A stretch of 51,845 nt of DNA. It comes from Escherichia coli. GTDB lineage: Bacteria > Pseudomonadota > Gammaproteobacteria > Enterobacterales > Enterobacteriaceae. The stretch lies in NCBI RefSeq assembly GCF_003334315.1, contig NZ_QOWR01000030.1. One strand, given 5' to 3'. A program made the position numbers and the translations under genes. The notes beneath the pieces are model-generated. The model saw only the letters and a program-made list of their open reading frames with translations. It did not search any database and was not told the DNA's origin. This document shows positions 10,477-20,620 of this stretch, piece by piece (position 1 is the first letter of the stretch; each line of letters opens with the position of its first letter).

Positions 10477-10650
10477 TTAAAACAGTGAAAACAACAGCGC
10501 CACCGGGAAACTCATCGGCCATGTTGCCCCCACCAGAAAGGCGCTTAAGAAACGGATGCGTTTCTTATCGTGAGAAAGAAACCAGGTGATAAGAAATGCG
10601 ATTGCTGCCATAACCGCATAAAAAACAAGCATGTGTTGATAGAGAGACAT
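10477..10650 (-). CDS. ortT: orphan membrane toxin OrtT, 57 aa
   Basis: ORF 10477..10725 trimmed to ATG at 10650 (MSLYQHMLVFYAVMAAIAFLITWFLSHDKK...). Confidence 0.8.
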   Translation of the reverse strand: MSLYQHMLVFYAVMAAIAFLITWFLSHDKKRIRFLSAFLVGATWPMSFPVALLFSLF

Positions 10651-10844
10651 GTACGGGCGTCCAGCCAGATGAATAAAACGCGCGCAAATATGCGTCATTT
10701 TTTGACGTGCATCAAGTTTTTTCACCAGTTTGAGAAAAAATCATCAAACAGCAACTTGCCCTTATCCATCTTCAGAATGAGTATTATTGCGGATTTTCTT
10801 AACCCGTACTATACACATAGGGGCAATGATAAAAGGTGGCAAAA

Positions 10845-10940
10845 ATGAATGTTTCCAGTAGAACTGTAGTACTGATAAATTTCTTTGCTGCTGTTGGTTT
10901 GTTTACTCTTATCTCTATGAGATTTGGCTGGTTTATTTGA
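10845..10940 (+). CDS. yncL: small membrane protein YncL, 31 aa
   Basis: Not in the ORF track (too short); ATG at 10845 preceded by aaaaggtgg; translates to MNVSSRTVVLINFFAAVGLFTLISMRFGWFI. Confidence 0.7.
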   Translation: MNVSSRTVVLINFFAAVGLFTLISMRFGWFI

Positions 10941-10962
10941 TGTAGTGATTTTGCACGCAGCA

Positions 10963-10997
10963 CGTACTGTCAGAGAAATCAGTGCTCTGACAGTACG
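10963..10997. terminator. 13-bp perfect inverted repeat hairpin downstream of yncL, at the edge of the AT-rich island
   Basis: cgtactgtcagag-aaatcagtg-ctctgacagtacg; U-tract weak. Confidence 0.4.
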
Positions 10998-11341
10998 CAA
11001 GATCTTCTCATACTCTCCAGGTTTACAACATCATCCTTAATATTTACTTCTTTTTGCTGGCATCTACATTGAAATGAGTAGAAAACATCCCCCTACTGTC
11101 GTCTATACAAACAGTTTACTGATTCAAACGGAATCTTGTTTTCACATTTTTCTATTATGAATACTTTATACGCGCGGGAGTCTATAAATGCTTTATACTT
11201 TCAAGGAATAACGTAAATATAAAAAGATGGCGTAAAGTATATGCATGGCAGGATGTTTGCAACCTCCTTGATGACGCTGCCCCATTGAAATTGCAAACCC
11301 CGCCCTGGTTATCTTGCCCATTTATCATGCAAAACAGATAA

Positions 11342-12151
11342 TTATAGGCCTCTGAATACCTCAGAAAGATTGAATTTTTTATAGTCCCTCTCTTGAATAT
11401 TTCCATTTGATATCAATCGATTCATCTCTTCAACAAAATAATTTATATCATCACACTTGTTATTATCCGGAAGATCTGAGTAGTTATAATTCCACCATTT
11501 TATTCTCAACAGTTCATCAATAACATTTGAATCAAACCTAAATCTGATTATTTTTGCAGGAACTCCTGCAACTATGGCATATGGGGGCACATCTTTGGTA
11601 ACAACGGAATTGGCAGCAATAACAGCACCATCACCTATTGCGATGCCACCTTTCAATACAACATCATTTCCTATCCAGACATCATTTCCTATAATCGGAT
11701 TTTCAGGTTTGATAATGAATGGTTTCAATGTCCAGCTACGTTCAAATTCACTCATAGCAAACTTATCAAATTCACCGTTATAAGTCATCATGTGAGTAGT
11801 AAAACGATTCAAAGGATGATTTTCACCCATTATTTTTACATTTGATGCAATACTACAAAATCGACCTATACGTATATTCCCTGAAAAATGGCAGGTCGGA
11901 AATGAAAAAGCGCCGACACTGGAGAAATTTTTCACAGGCATTGTTGAATATTCTTCAGCAATAACATTATCTTCAATTGTTATCTTGTCACCTTTTGAGA
12001 AAAGAAATAAATTCCTTTCTTTATACGACTTCTTCCCCTTATGATTTAAAAAGATTTTATTATCCATACAAAACTCAAAGTGTTTTTTCGTCCATCTGAA
12101 GGTAAGGGTTTTATTTTTATCTTCCGTGAATTTGTACAATTGAACTTTCAT
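11342..12151 (-). CDS. hexapeptide-repeat xenobiotic acetyltransferase (XAT class, Vat/CatB-like), 269 aa
   Basis: ATG-initiated ORF; C-terminal IGNDVWIGNDVVLKGGIAIGDGAVIAANSVVTKDVPPYAIVAGVPAKIIRFRFD...IKWWNYNY closely parallels the VatD/CatB hexapeptide core and KWWNW tail; ENHPLNRF lies at the catalytic-His loop position; gene and flanks are strongly AT-rich. Confidence 0.75.
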   Translation of the reverse strand: MKVQLYKFTEDKNKTLTFRWTKKHFEFCMDNKIFLNHKGKKSYKERNLFLFSKGDKITIEDNVIAEEYSTMPVKNFSSVGAFSFPTCHFSGNIRIGRFCSIASNVKIMGENHPLNRFTTHMMTYNGEFDKFAMSEFERSWTLKPFIIKPENPIIGNDVWIGNDVVLKGGIAIGDGAVIAANSVVTKDVPPYAIVAGVPAKIIRFRFDSNVIDELLRIKWWNYNYSDLPDNNKCDDINYFVEEMNRLISNGNIQERDYKKFNLSEVFRGL

Positions 12152-12360
12152 TGTTAATACTTCTACTTATAAATTATTAGTTTAATAACGATACTCTAAA
12201 GCCTTATGCTAATCAACTGTGACAGGATGAAAAATCGCCCTCAAACATTTAGCCTAATTTTTACGCTAGTTATTAATGTAATCATTCTAATACTTAACCG
12301 CCATTAAACTCAGAACCTAAAACGATAGTGGCCGTCCTATAACAGCCACTAACATCTAAC

Positions 12361-13785
12361 TTAATGTTTAACCATGACGTGGCGGACGACGGTGTAATCC
12401 TCCAGCCCATAAAGTGACATATCCTTGCCGTAACCAGAAAGTTTCTGTCCACCGTGCGGCATTTCACTTACCAGCATGAAATGGGTATTGACCCAAGTAC
12501 AACCATATTGCAGCCGTGCGCTGACGCGATGCGCCCTGCCCACATCTTTCGTCCATACCGAAGATGCAAGTCCGTACTGGCTGTCATTCGCCCAGTTCAC
12601 CACCTGTTCTTCGTTGTCGAAGAGCGTAACACTCACTACTGGACCAAATACCTCTTTTTGCACGATGGCATCGTCCTGTAATGCGCCAGCCAGCAGCGTC
12701 GGCGCATAGTAATAGCCATTACCCTTGCGCTTTTCACCGCCAGTGATCACTTTGATGTGCCCTGTCGCTTTCGCCTCTTCTACTGCCTTGCTGACGCGTT
12801 CGAGATGCGCCAGCGAGCTTAAAGGTCCAAGCTCCGTAGACTCGTCATCTGGCGCACCAGATTTTAACGTTGCCACCGCAGCACCCAGTTTTTCCACCAG
12901 CGTATCGTAAATGCCTTTTTGCGCGTAGATCCGACAAGCCGCAGTACAATCCTGTCCAGCATTGTAATAGCCAAATGTACGTACACCTTCGACCACTGCT
13001 TCAATATCCGCATCATCAAAAACAATCACTGGCGCTTTGCCACCAAGTTCCATATGAGTACGCTTAATGGACGACGCGGTATGGCTGATGATGTGCTCGC
13101 CGGTGGCGATAGAGCCCGTCAGCGACACCATCCGCACTTTGGGATGACCGGTCAGCGGATCACCCACCGTTTTGCCTCTGCCAAACAGTATGTTAATCAC
13201 GCCTGCCGGGAAGATATCTTTCGCCAGCTCTGCCAACTTCAACGCGGTCAGCGGGGTAATTTCTGATGGTTTAAGCACTACGCAGTTCCCTGCCGCCAGC
13301 GCCGGAGCAAGTTTCCACGCGGCCATCATCAGCGGATAATTCCACGGTGCGATAGAAGCCACGACCCCCAACGGATCGCGACGGATCATCGAAGTATGAC
13401 CTTCAAGATATTCACCTGCCGCCAGACCATTCAGACAGCGCGCCGCACCCGCGAAAAAGCGAAAAACATCGACAATCGCCGGGATTTCATCATTGAACGC
13501 ACTATGCAGCGGTTTGCCACAATTACGGGACTCCAGTTCGGCAAAAACCTGACCATTTTCTTCGATAACATCAGCCAGTTTCAGCAGACATTCCGCACGC
13601 ACTTTCGGCGTGGTTTGCCCCCATTCGGCAAATGCTGCATCTGCCGCGCGCACAGCAGCATCGACCTGCTCTGCGGATGCCTCGGCAATTTCCAGTAAAA
13701 CGTCCCCCGTTGCCGGATTATAGACAGGCTGTTTTTCCCCTTCGCCGCTAACCAGTTCTCCGTTAATCAGTAACTTATGTTGCAT
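12361..13785 (-). CDS. patD: gamma-aminobutyraldehyde dehydrogenase, 474 aa
   Basis: ORF track; aldehyde dehydrogenase family with catalytic Cys/Glu context; length matches PatD. Confidence 0.95.
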   Translation of the reverse strand: MQHKLLINGELVSGEGEKQPVYNPATGDVLLEIAEASAEQVDAAVRAADAAFAEWGQTTPKVRAECLLKLADVIEENGQVFAELESRNCGKPLHSAFNDEIPAIVDVFRFFAGAARCLNGLAAGEYLEGHTSMIRRDPLGVVASIAPWNYPLMMAAWKLAPALAAGNCVVLKPSEITPLTALKLAELAKDIFPAGVINILFGRGKTVGDPLTGHPKVRMVSLTGSIATGEHIISHTASSIKRTHMELGGKAPVIVFDDADIEAVVEGVRTFGYYNAGQDCTAACRIYAQKGIYDTLVEKLGAAVATLKSGAPDDESTELGPLSSLAHLERVSKAVEEAKATGHIKVITGGEKRKGNGYYYAPTLLAGALQDDAIVQKEVFGPVVSVTLFDNEEQVVNWANDSQYGLASSVWTKDVGRAHRVSARLQYGCTWVNTHFMLVSEMPHGGQKLSGYGKDMSLYGLEDYTVVRHVMVKH

Positions 13786-13806
13786 AGCATATTCCTGTAT
13801 CAGTGG

Positions 13807-14601
13807 TTATTGACCATTGTCGCCTTCGCGGGTTAGCCACCAGGCCCCCAGGATCGGCAAGGTTGTTACCAACATAACCAGCAGTGCCACCACGTTAGTT
13901 ACCGGTACATCACGCGGTCGCCCAAGCTGATTGAGCAACCACAACGGTAACGTTCGTTCATGACCTGCCGTAAAGGTCGTAACGATGATTTCATCGAACG
14001 ACAAGGCAAACGCCAGCATTCCTCCTGCCAGTAACGCCGAACTGAGATTCGGCAACACTACGTAGCGGAAGGTTTGCCAGCCATTGGCCCCAAGATCCAT
14101 TGACGCCTCAACCAGACTCCAGGAGGTGCGGCGAAAACGGGCGATGACATTGTTAAACACCACAACTACACAAAAAGTCGCATGACCGACCACGATGGTG
14201 AAAAATCCCGGCTCCAGATTGATGGTTTTAAAGGCGGTTAATAACGCCAGACCAGTGACAATGCCCGGCAGCGCAATGGGCAGCAGCAGTAACAGCGAAA
14301 TGGCGTTTTTGCCGAAAAAGTCTCGTCGCCACAGCGCGGCAGCTGCCAGCGTCCCTAACACCAGTGCCATTAATGTCGCCAGCGCCGCCACTTTAAGTGA
14401 CAGTGTCACGGCATCAAGAATATCACTACGCTGTGCTGCCACGCTAAACCAGCGCAGCGTCAGGCCCTGCGGTGGAAAACTAAACGCCGCATCTTCAGTG
14501 TTAAACGCATAAGCGGCGATAATCAGGATGGGAAAATGTAGGAAAACCACGCCGCCCCAGGCCGCCAGTTTGAGGAAAAACGGTGCGCGTTCAGAGTGCA
14601 T
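13807..14601 (-). CDS. ydcV: ABC transporter permease, 264 aa
   Basis: ORF track; multi-TM permease. Confidence 0.9.
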   Translation of the reverse strand: MHSERAPFFLKLAAWGGVVFLHFPILIIAAYAFNTEDAAFSFPPQGLTLRWFSVAAQRSDILDAVTLSLKVAALATLMALVLGTLAAAALWRRDFFGKNAISLLLLLPIALPGIVTGLALLTAFKTINLEPGFFTIVVGHATFCVVVVFNNVIARFRRTSWSLVEASMDLGANGWQTFRYVVLPNLSSALLAGGMLAFALSFDEIIVTTFTAGHERTLPLWLLNQLGRPRDVPVTNVVALLVMLVTTLPILGAWWLTREGDNGQ

Positions 14602-15532
14602 CGAACGCTCCCAGACGTTTCACGAACGCCAGGTACAGTGCGATAAGAACAATCGGCACCAGGGTGAATGCCGCCGCCATCGGCATATTGCCAATCGCCC
14701 CCTGCTGGGAATAAACCATATTGCCGATAAAATATCCTGGCGGGCCAACCAGCTGCGGGACGATAAAATCGCCCAGTGTGAGTGAGAAGGTAAAGATAGA
14801 GCCAGCGGCAATACCCGGGATCGCCAGCGGCAGCACCACATAGCGAAAGGTTTGTCGTGGACGTGCGCCGAGATCAGCTGACGCCTGCAACAATGACGGC
14901 GGCAAACGCTCAAGCGCCGCCTGCACGGGCAGGATCATGAACGGCAGCCAGATATAGAGAAACACCAGAAAGCGCCCCAGCCCGGAAGTTGACAGCGTAT
15001 TGCCGCCCACCGCAGGTAATGTAAGGAACGTAGTCAGCAGTGGTTCCAGCCCAAGATGTTGTAAAAACCACTGAGCCACGCCATCTTTTGCCAGCAATAA
15101 CGTCCAGGCATAGGCTTTAACAATGTAGCTCGCCCACATCGGCAACATTACCGCAATATAAAAAAACGCTTTCATTTTCCCGCTGGTATAGCGCGCCATA
15201 TACCACGCCATTGGAAAAGCCAGAATGGCGCTGGCGATAGTGACTGCCACAGCCATAGTCAGCGTGCGGAGAATGATGTCGTAATTCGCCGGATTAAACA
15301 GCGCACGAATATTCGCCAGCGTCAGTTCCGGCGTTACCGACATGGTGAAATCGTCAAAGGTATAAAAGCCCTGCCATAACAGCGTTAGCAGCGAGCCGAA
15401 ATAAACAATGCCAAACCACATTAGCGGGCCAAGCAGCAGTAAAAACAGCCCCAGCCCCGGATTACGCCAGAAGAAACCGGACACCTTACCCAGACCTGGA
15501 CGTGAAGGTGATTGCAATACATTCATCGCCAT
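14591..15532 (-). CDS. ydcU: ABC transporter permease, 313 aa
   Basis: ORF track; overlaps ydcV by 11 bp. Confidence 0.9.
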   Translation of the reverse strand: MAMNVLQSPSRPGLGKVSGFFWRNPGLGLFLLLLGPLMWFGIVYFGSLLTLLWQGFYTFDDFTMSVTPELTLANIRALFNPANYDIILRTLTMAVAVTIASAILAFPMAWYMARYTSGKMKAFFYIAVMLPMWASYIVKAYAWTLLLAKDGVAQWFLQHLGLEPLLTTFLTLPAVGGNTLSTSGLGRFLVFLYIWLPFMILPVQAALERLPPSLLQASADLGARPRQTFRYVVLPLAIPGIAAGSIFTFSLTLGDFIVPQLVGPPGYFIGNMVYSQQGAIGNMPMAAAFTLVPIVLIALYLAFVKRLGAFDAL

Positions 15533-16546
15533 TCACCTCTCCTCAACCAGCGGCACCATCACATCACGCGACCAGGAAACCATCACCTGTTGTCCGGGCG
15601 TGAGCGTGGCAGGCAGTTCTTCGCCTGTCATATTGGCCTGACTCACAAGCAGTTTTTCACCGCCGTTCAATTTCAGTTCAAAACGAGTTGCCGCGCCCTG
15701 ATATTGCACCGCCTGGATCGTGCCATTGGCCTGCAGTTCACCAGGGGTGTTGAGGCGGATATGTTCCGGTCGCAGGGCGAAGCTTCCCGTCATGCCACAA
15801 AGTTTCTCTGCCATCAGTCCATCAAAAACGTTGGATGTCCCGACGAATCCGGCAACAAACGGCTTGCGCGGGCGCATATAGAGATCGCGCGGGGAATCGA
15901 CCTGCTCAATGCGTCCATTATTGAAAACCGCCACACGATCGGACATCGATAACGCTTCGCCCTGATCGTGGGTAACGAAGATAAAAGTGATACCGAGAGA
16001 CTGTTGCAGTTTTTTCAGTTCCAGCTGCATCTGCTCACGCAATTTGAGATCCAGTGCGCCGAGCGGTTCATCCAACAGCAATACGCGCGGTTCATTCACC
16101 AATGCTCTGGCGATAGCAACCCGCTGGCGCTGACCACCAGAAAGTTGTGACGGTTTACGTTGATGTACAAACCCCAACGCCACTTTCTCCAGCGCCTCTT
16201 GCGCCATTGCGTGCCGCTGCTTTTTATTCACGCCTTTGACCATCAGCCCATAGGCGACATTGTCAAGAATCGACATATGCGGAAATAGCGCGTAGTCCTG
16301 AAAGACAGTATTCACGTCCCGCTCCCACGGTGGCAGATTGCTGGCGGGTTTACCAAAGATAGAGATAGCCCCGCCGGAAAGCTGTTCGAAGCCAGCAATC
16401 AGGCGCAGGCAGGTGGTTTTGCCGGAGCCGGACGGCCCCAGCATAGAGAAGAACTCACCATCTTTTATCGCAATACTGACGCCATCTACTGCGCGCACGT
16501 CACCGTACAACCGCGAGACGTTGTCAAACTCCACTGCGTACGTCAT
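15533..16546 (-). CDS. ydcT: ABC transporter ATP-binding protein, 337 aa
   Basis: ORF track; Walker A GPSGSGKTT, signature LSGGQRQR, Walker B LLLDEP. Confidence 0.9.
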   Translation of the reverse strand: MTYAVEFDNVSRLYGDVRAVDGVSIAIKDGEFFSMLGPSGSGKTTCLRLIAGFEQLSGGAISIFGKPASNLPPWERDVNTVFQDYALFPHMSILDNVAYGLMVKGVNKKQRHAMAQEALEKVALGFVHQRKPSQLSGGQRQRVAIARALVNEPRVLLLDEPLGALDLKLREQMQLELKKLQQSLGITFIFVTHDQGEALSMSDRVAVFNNGRIEQVDSPRDLYMRPRKPFVAGFVGTSNVFDGLMAEKLCGMTGSFALRPEHIRLNTPGELQANGTIQAVQYQGAATRFELKLNGGEKLLVSQANMTGEELPATLTPGQQVMVSWSRDVMVPLVEER

Positions 16547-16563
16547 AAAGCACCCCAGCGAAG

Positions 16564-17709
16564 TTAGCGACCGCCCATAATGGCAATGTAATCCTGCGTC
16601 CAGCGACTGTAGGGAACAAACTTGCCCCCTTCTGCTATAGGCGTTTTCCAGAAGGCGATTTTGTCGAAATAGTTAAAACCGTTGGTTTCACAACCTTTTT
16701 CGCCTAATAACGGACTGGCTTTACACCCTTCCGGCACTACCGGTAACGAGCCAAACCAGGCCGCCACATCGCCCTGCACTTTTGGCGTTAATGACCAGTT
16801 CATCCATTTGTAGGCGCAAACCGGATGTTTCGCTTCGCTATGCAGCATGGTGGTATCAGCCCAACCGGTAACACCCTCCTTCGGGAAAACGGTAGCAACA
16901 GGCTGGCCTTCGGCTTTCAGGGCGTTGGCCTGATAGGGCCAGGCACTGGAAGCAACCACACCCTCGTTTTTGAAATCGCTCATTTGCACGGTAGTGTCAT
17001 GCCAGTAGCGATGGATCAAACTGTGTTGAGCGCGCAGCACTTTCAGCACCGCCTGGTACTGTTCTTCGGTGAGTTGATACGGATCGCTGATGCCCAACTG
17101 CGGCTGAGTGGCTTTAACGAACAACGCAGCGTCCGCAATATAGATAGGGCCATCATAAGCCTGAACGCGGCCTTTATTGCTCTTGCCGTCCGGCAGATTT
17201 TGCTCAACAAAAACCTCTTGCCAGCTATCCGGCGGCGTCGGGAAGGTTTTAGTGTTGTACATCAGCAGGTTCGGACCCCATTGATATGGCGTGCCATAGA
17301 CTTTGCCGCCCACGTTAAACCAGTCGCCTTTAACCACGCGCGGATCGAGCGTTTTCCAGTTGGGAATCAATGCGGTATTAATCGGCTGCACGCGTTTACC
17401 CATAATCAAACGCAGCGAGGCATCGCCGGATGCCGTAACCAGATCGTAACCCCCTTTGGTCATCAGACTGACCATTTCATCGGAAGTCGCGGCGGTTTTC
17501 ACATTCACCGCGCAGCCTGTCTCTTTTTCGAACTGCGTTACCCAGTCGTATTGTTTATCAGTTTGTCCGCGTTCGATGTATCCCGGCCAGGCGATAATAT
17601 CCAGACGCCCTTCCGGTTTATCTAAATTGGTAGGTGGTTCGGCGGCGTGAGCGGTCATTATTGTCATGCTGAGCGCACACAGGCTGCTGCGGGCAAATGT
17701 CTTGCTCAT
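16564..17709 (-). CDS. ydcS: periplasmic polyamine-type substrate-binding protein, 381 aa
   Basis: ORF track; signal peptide; PotD/PotF-like binding protein. Confidence 0.9.
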   Translation of the reverse strand: MSKTFARSSLCALSMTIMTAHAAEPPTNLDKPEGRLDIIAWPGYIERGQTDKQYDWVTQFEKETGCAVNVKTAATSDEMVSLMTKGGYDLVTASGDASLRLIMGKRVQPINTALIPNWKTLDPRVVKGDWFNVGGKVYGTPYQWGPNLLMYNTKTFPTPPDSWQEVFVEQNLPDGKSNKGRVQAYDGPIYIADAALFVKATQPQLGISDPYQLTEEQYQAVLKVLRAQHSLIHRYWHDTTVQMSDFKNEGVVASSAWPYQANALKAEGQPVATVFPKEGVTGWADTTMLHSEAKHPVCAYKWMNWSLTPKVQGDVAAWFGSLPVVPEGCKASPLLGEKGCETNGFNYFDKIAFWKTPIAEGGKFVPYSRWTQDYIAIMGGR

Positions 17710-17953
17710 AAGGTCTTACTCCTGTCGTAATTAATTGTTCAGCCGCCGTGCCGTAAAAATATCTCCTTGTTTAACCATAGACGGCGGCTTGCAGGCACAC
17801 CTTCGCCCCTGAGAAAATTTAATCAGGTTGTGAGCTACCGCGCATTATGCCGTCTGTAAGGTTATCTTCTGGAGTATAGTCAAGGAGTTAGGAAATATGA
17901 CTGCTATTCGAAATTCATATTACCCAATCTAAGAGGAATTAAATTAAACGCTA

Positions 17954-19360
17954 TTACAGCCGTTCTTGAATAAGTTTGCCTAATTGTTTTACCGCCTGTT
18001 CTTCACGCTCTCCCCACTGCCACGCGGTATTAAAACGGAAAAAACGTGACCAGTTTTCACCGGTAGAAAACATTTTACCCGGCGCAATACTGATATGATG
18101 CGTCAGTGCCGCCAGGCTTAATTCGCCGGCATCTAACGGCTCGGGGAGCTCCAACCAGAGAAAGTAACCACTGTCATTATGATGAATTTTCACTTCCGCA
18201 GGCAGATAACGCAGCAGTGCCTGCCAGGCACGTTGTTTACGTTCCGCAAGCTGGCGACGCAGGCGACGAAGATGGGCGTCGTATCGGCGCGTGGAAAGGT
18301 AATCCACCAGCGCAAGTTGCATCGGTGAGCTGGTGGAAAGCGTACTCATCAACTGCAAGCGTTGAATTTTACGTGCATGTTTTCCGGCGGCGACCCAACC
18401 AATACGAAAACCAGGCACCAGACATTTCGAAAACGAAGAGCAATGCAAAACGCCATCGTGGCGATCCCACGCTTTCGCAGGCAGCGGTTTTTCCCGTCCA
18501 AAATAAAGTTCGCTGTAAACGTCATCTTCAATCAGCGTTACGTTGTACTGATTGAGCAACGCCACCAGTTGTGCTTTTTTTTGCGGCGTTAAGGTAAATC
18601 CGAGTGGATTCTGGCTATTAGTCATCAGCCAGCACGCTTTCACCGGATACTCCTGCAACGCCAGTTCCAGCGCCTGAAGATCTATCCCTTCTTTAACATC
18701 CGTCGCCACCGATAACGCCTTCAGCCGTAGCCGCTCCAGCGCCTGCAACGCACCGTAGAAACAAGGATTCTCTACTATCACCCAATCGCCCGGTTCAGTT
18801 ACCGCTTGCAAACTGAGGTTTAATGCCTCTAACGCCCCGGCAGTAATGACAATTTCATCAGGAGAAATGGTGATGCCCTGTAAGGCATAGCGACGAGCAA
18901 TAGCCTGACGCAGTTCTGCGTTTCCTGGCGGTAAGTTTTCAATCACGCTCATCGCTGTGGCGGTTTTGCTTACCTGCGCCAGCGAGCGGTTTAGTTGTTG
19001 GAGGGGGAAAAGTCGCGGGTCGGGAAAGGCCGAGGCAAACGGAACGACCGACGGATCGCGACTGGCCTGCAACATATCAAAAATATAAGTGTTGATATCG
19101 ACTGCTTCATCTCGAGTGACTGGAATGACTGGCGCTTTCGGCATTTTTATTGCCTGTGGCGCAACGTAATAACCCGACTGCGGTCGTGCGATAATATATC
19201 CCTGACTTTCGAGCAACTGATAGGCATGGCTGACAGTCATAAAGCTCATGCCTGAAAGCGCCACCTGGTCACGCAACGAAGGCAAACGATCGCCGGGTTG
19301 CCAGATACCCGACGCAATCTGCTCGCGTAATTGTTCTGCAAGCTGCTGGTATTTTTTCAT
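17954..19360 (-). CDS. ydcR: MocR-family regulator (GntR HTH fused to aminotransferase-like domain), 468 aa
   Basis: ORF track; N-terminal wHTH, C-terminal PLP-fold domain. Confidence 0.9.
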   Translation of the reverse strand: MKKYQQLAEQLREQIASGIWQPGDRLPSLRDQVALSGMSFMTVSHAYQLLESQGYIIARPQSGYYVAPQAIKMPKAPVIPVTRDEAVDINTYIFDMLQASRDPSVVPFASAFPDPRLFPLQQLNRSLAQVSKTATAMSVIENLPPGNAELRQAIARRYALQGITISPDEIVITAGALEALNLSLQAVTEPGDWVIVENPCFYGALQALERLRLKALSVATDVKEGIDLQALELALQEYPVKACWLMTNSQNPLGFTLTPQKKAQLVALLNQYNVTLIEDDVYSELYFGREKPLPAKAWDRHDGVLHCSSFSKCLVPGFRIGWVAAGKHARKIQRLQLMSTLSTSSPMQLALVDYLSTRRYDAHLRRLRRQLAERKQRAWQALLRYLPAEVKIHHNDSGYFLWLELPEPLDAGELSLAALTHHISIAPGKMFSTGENWSRFFRFNTAWQWGEREEQAVKQLGKLIQERL

Positions 19361-19438
19361 TATCGAATCGTAATTATGTGCAGATGATTCGGCAGTCTAT
19401 ATCAGTTGTTAAAAATGACAACTTTTCGTTAACTGTAA

Positions 19439-19855
<417 letters not shown>

Positions 19856-19900
19856 AATTTCGACTGTCTCTCGCATGTCATTAACCTTTTTAATTGGCGA

Positions 19901-20077
19901 TTAACTCAAACCGAGTTGTTTCAGGATTGCTTTACGCAATGGTTCTTTAATCTCATCGCAGGGGTGACGCGGCATGACACTGCGCCTCCCATGAAACCTG
20001 AGTTTCAAATGGTTGCTGCCATTCGCTACATCGACGCCCTGAGATTCGAGCCAACGTCTGAACTCGCTTTGTTTCAC
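19901..20077 (-). CDS. hicA: HicA mRNA interferase toxin, 58 aa
   Basis: GTG-initiated, absent from the minus-strand ORF track; reverse complement translates MKQSEFRRWLESQGVDVANGSNHLKLRFHGRRSVMPRHPCDEIKEPLRKAILKQLGLS. Confidence 0.85.
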   Translation of the reverse strand: MKQSEFRRWLESQGVDVANGSNHLKLRFHGRRSVMPRHPCDEIKEPLRKAILKQLGLS

Positions 20078-20298
20078 ATCGCCTCCCTGCCGCTGAGTAT
20101 ATCAACAAAGTAAACATTAGTGTTTACCTCCGTGTGTAATTTGCTCGAAAATAGCACTAAATCGCCGCAACGGCAGAATGCAATGCAAAATCAGGAAGGA
20201 AGATTCCAGAATTTCTTTGCGCTAATTTGCAAAACTGAATAATAACCTCAAGAAACGATCGGCATCATAGCGGCAAAAGGTAAGAAAAAGGTGGCAGG

Positions 20299-20529
20299 AT
20301 GTTTACGAAGGCGTTATCGGTTGTCTTATTAACGTGTGCTCTGTTTTCAGGACAACTCATGGCAGGGCACAAAGGACATGAATTTGTGTGGGTAAAGAAT
20401 GTGGATCATCAGCTGCGTCATGAAGCGGACAGCGATGAATTGCGTGCTGTGGCGGAAGAGTCGGCGGAAGGTTTGCGCGAGCATTTTTACTGGCAAAAAT
20501 CGCGCAAACCAGAAGCGGGACAACGTTGA
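20299..20529 (+). CDS. yncJ: small secreted protein, 76 aa
   Basis: ORF track; N-terminal signal peptide. Confidence 0.8.
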   Translation: MFTKALSVVLLTCALFSGQLMAGHKGHEFVWVKNVDHQLRHEADSDELRAVAEESAEGLREHFYWQKSRKPEAGQR

Positions 20530-20536
20530 GTCATTT

Positions 20537-20570
20537 GATGCCGGATGCGGCGTAACGCCTTACCCGGCAG
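20537..20570. repeat. REP (repetitive extragenic palindromic) element
   Basis: gatgccggatgcggcgtaacgccttacccggc resembles the REP consensus GCCGGATGCGGCG... Confidence 0.45.
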
Positions 20571-20620
20571 GCAATATCATGCAGATTCAATAAGTTGTGA
20601 GTAACCAGAAAACTGGCGTT

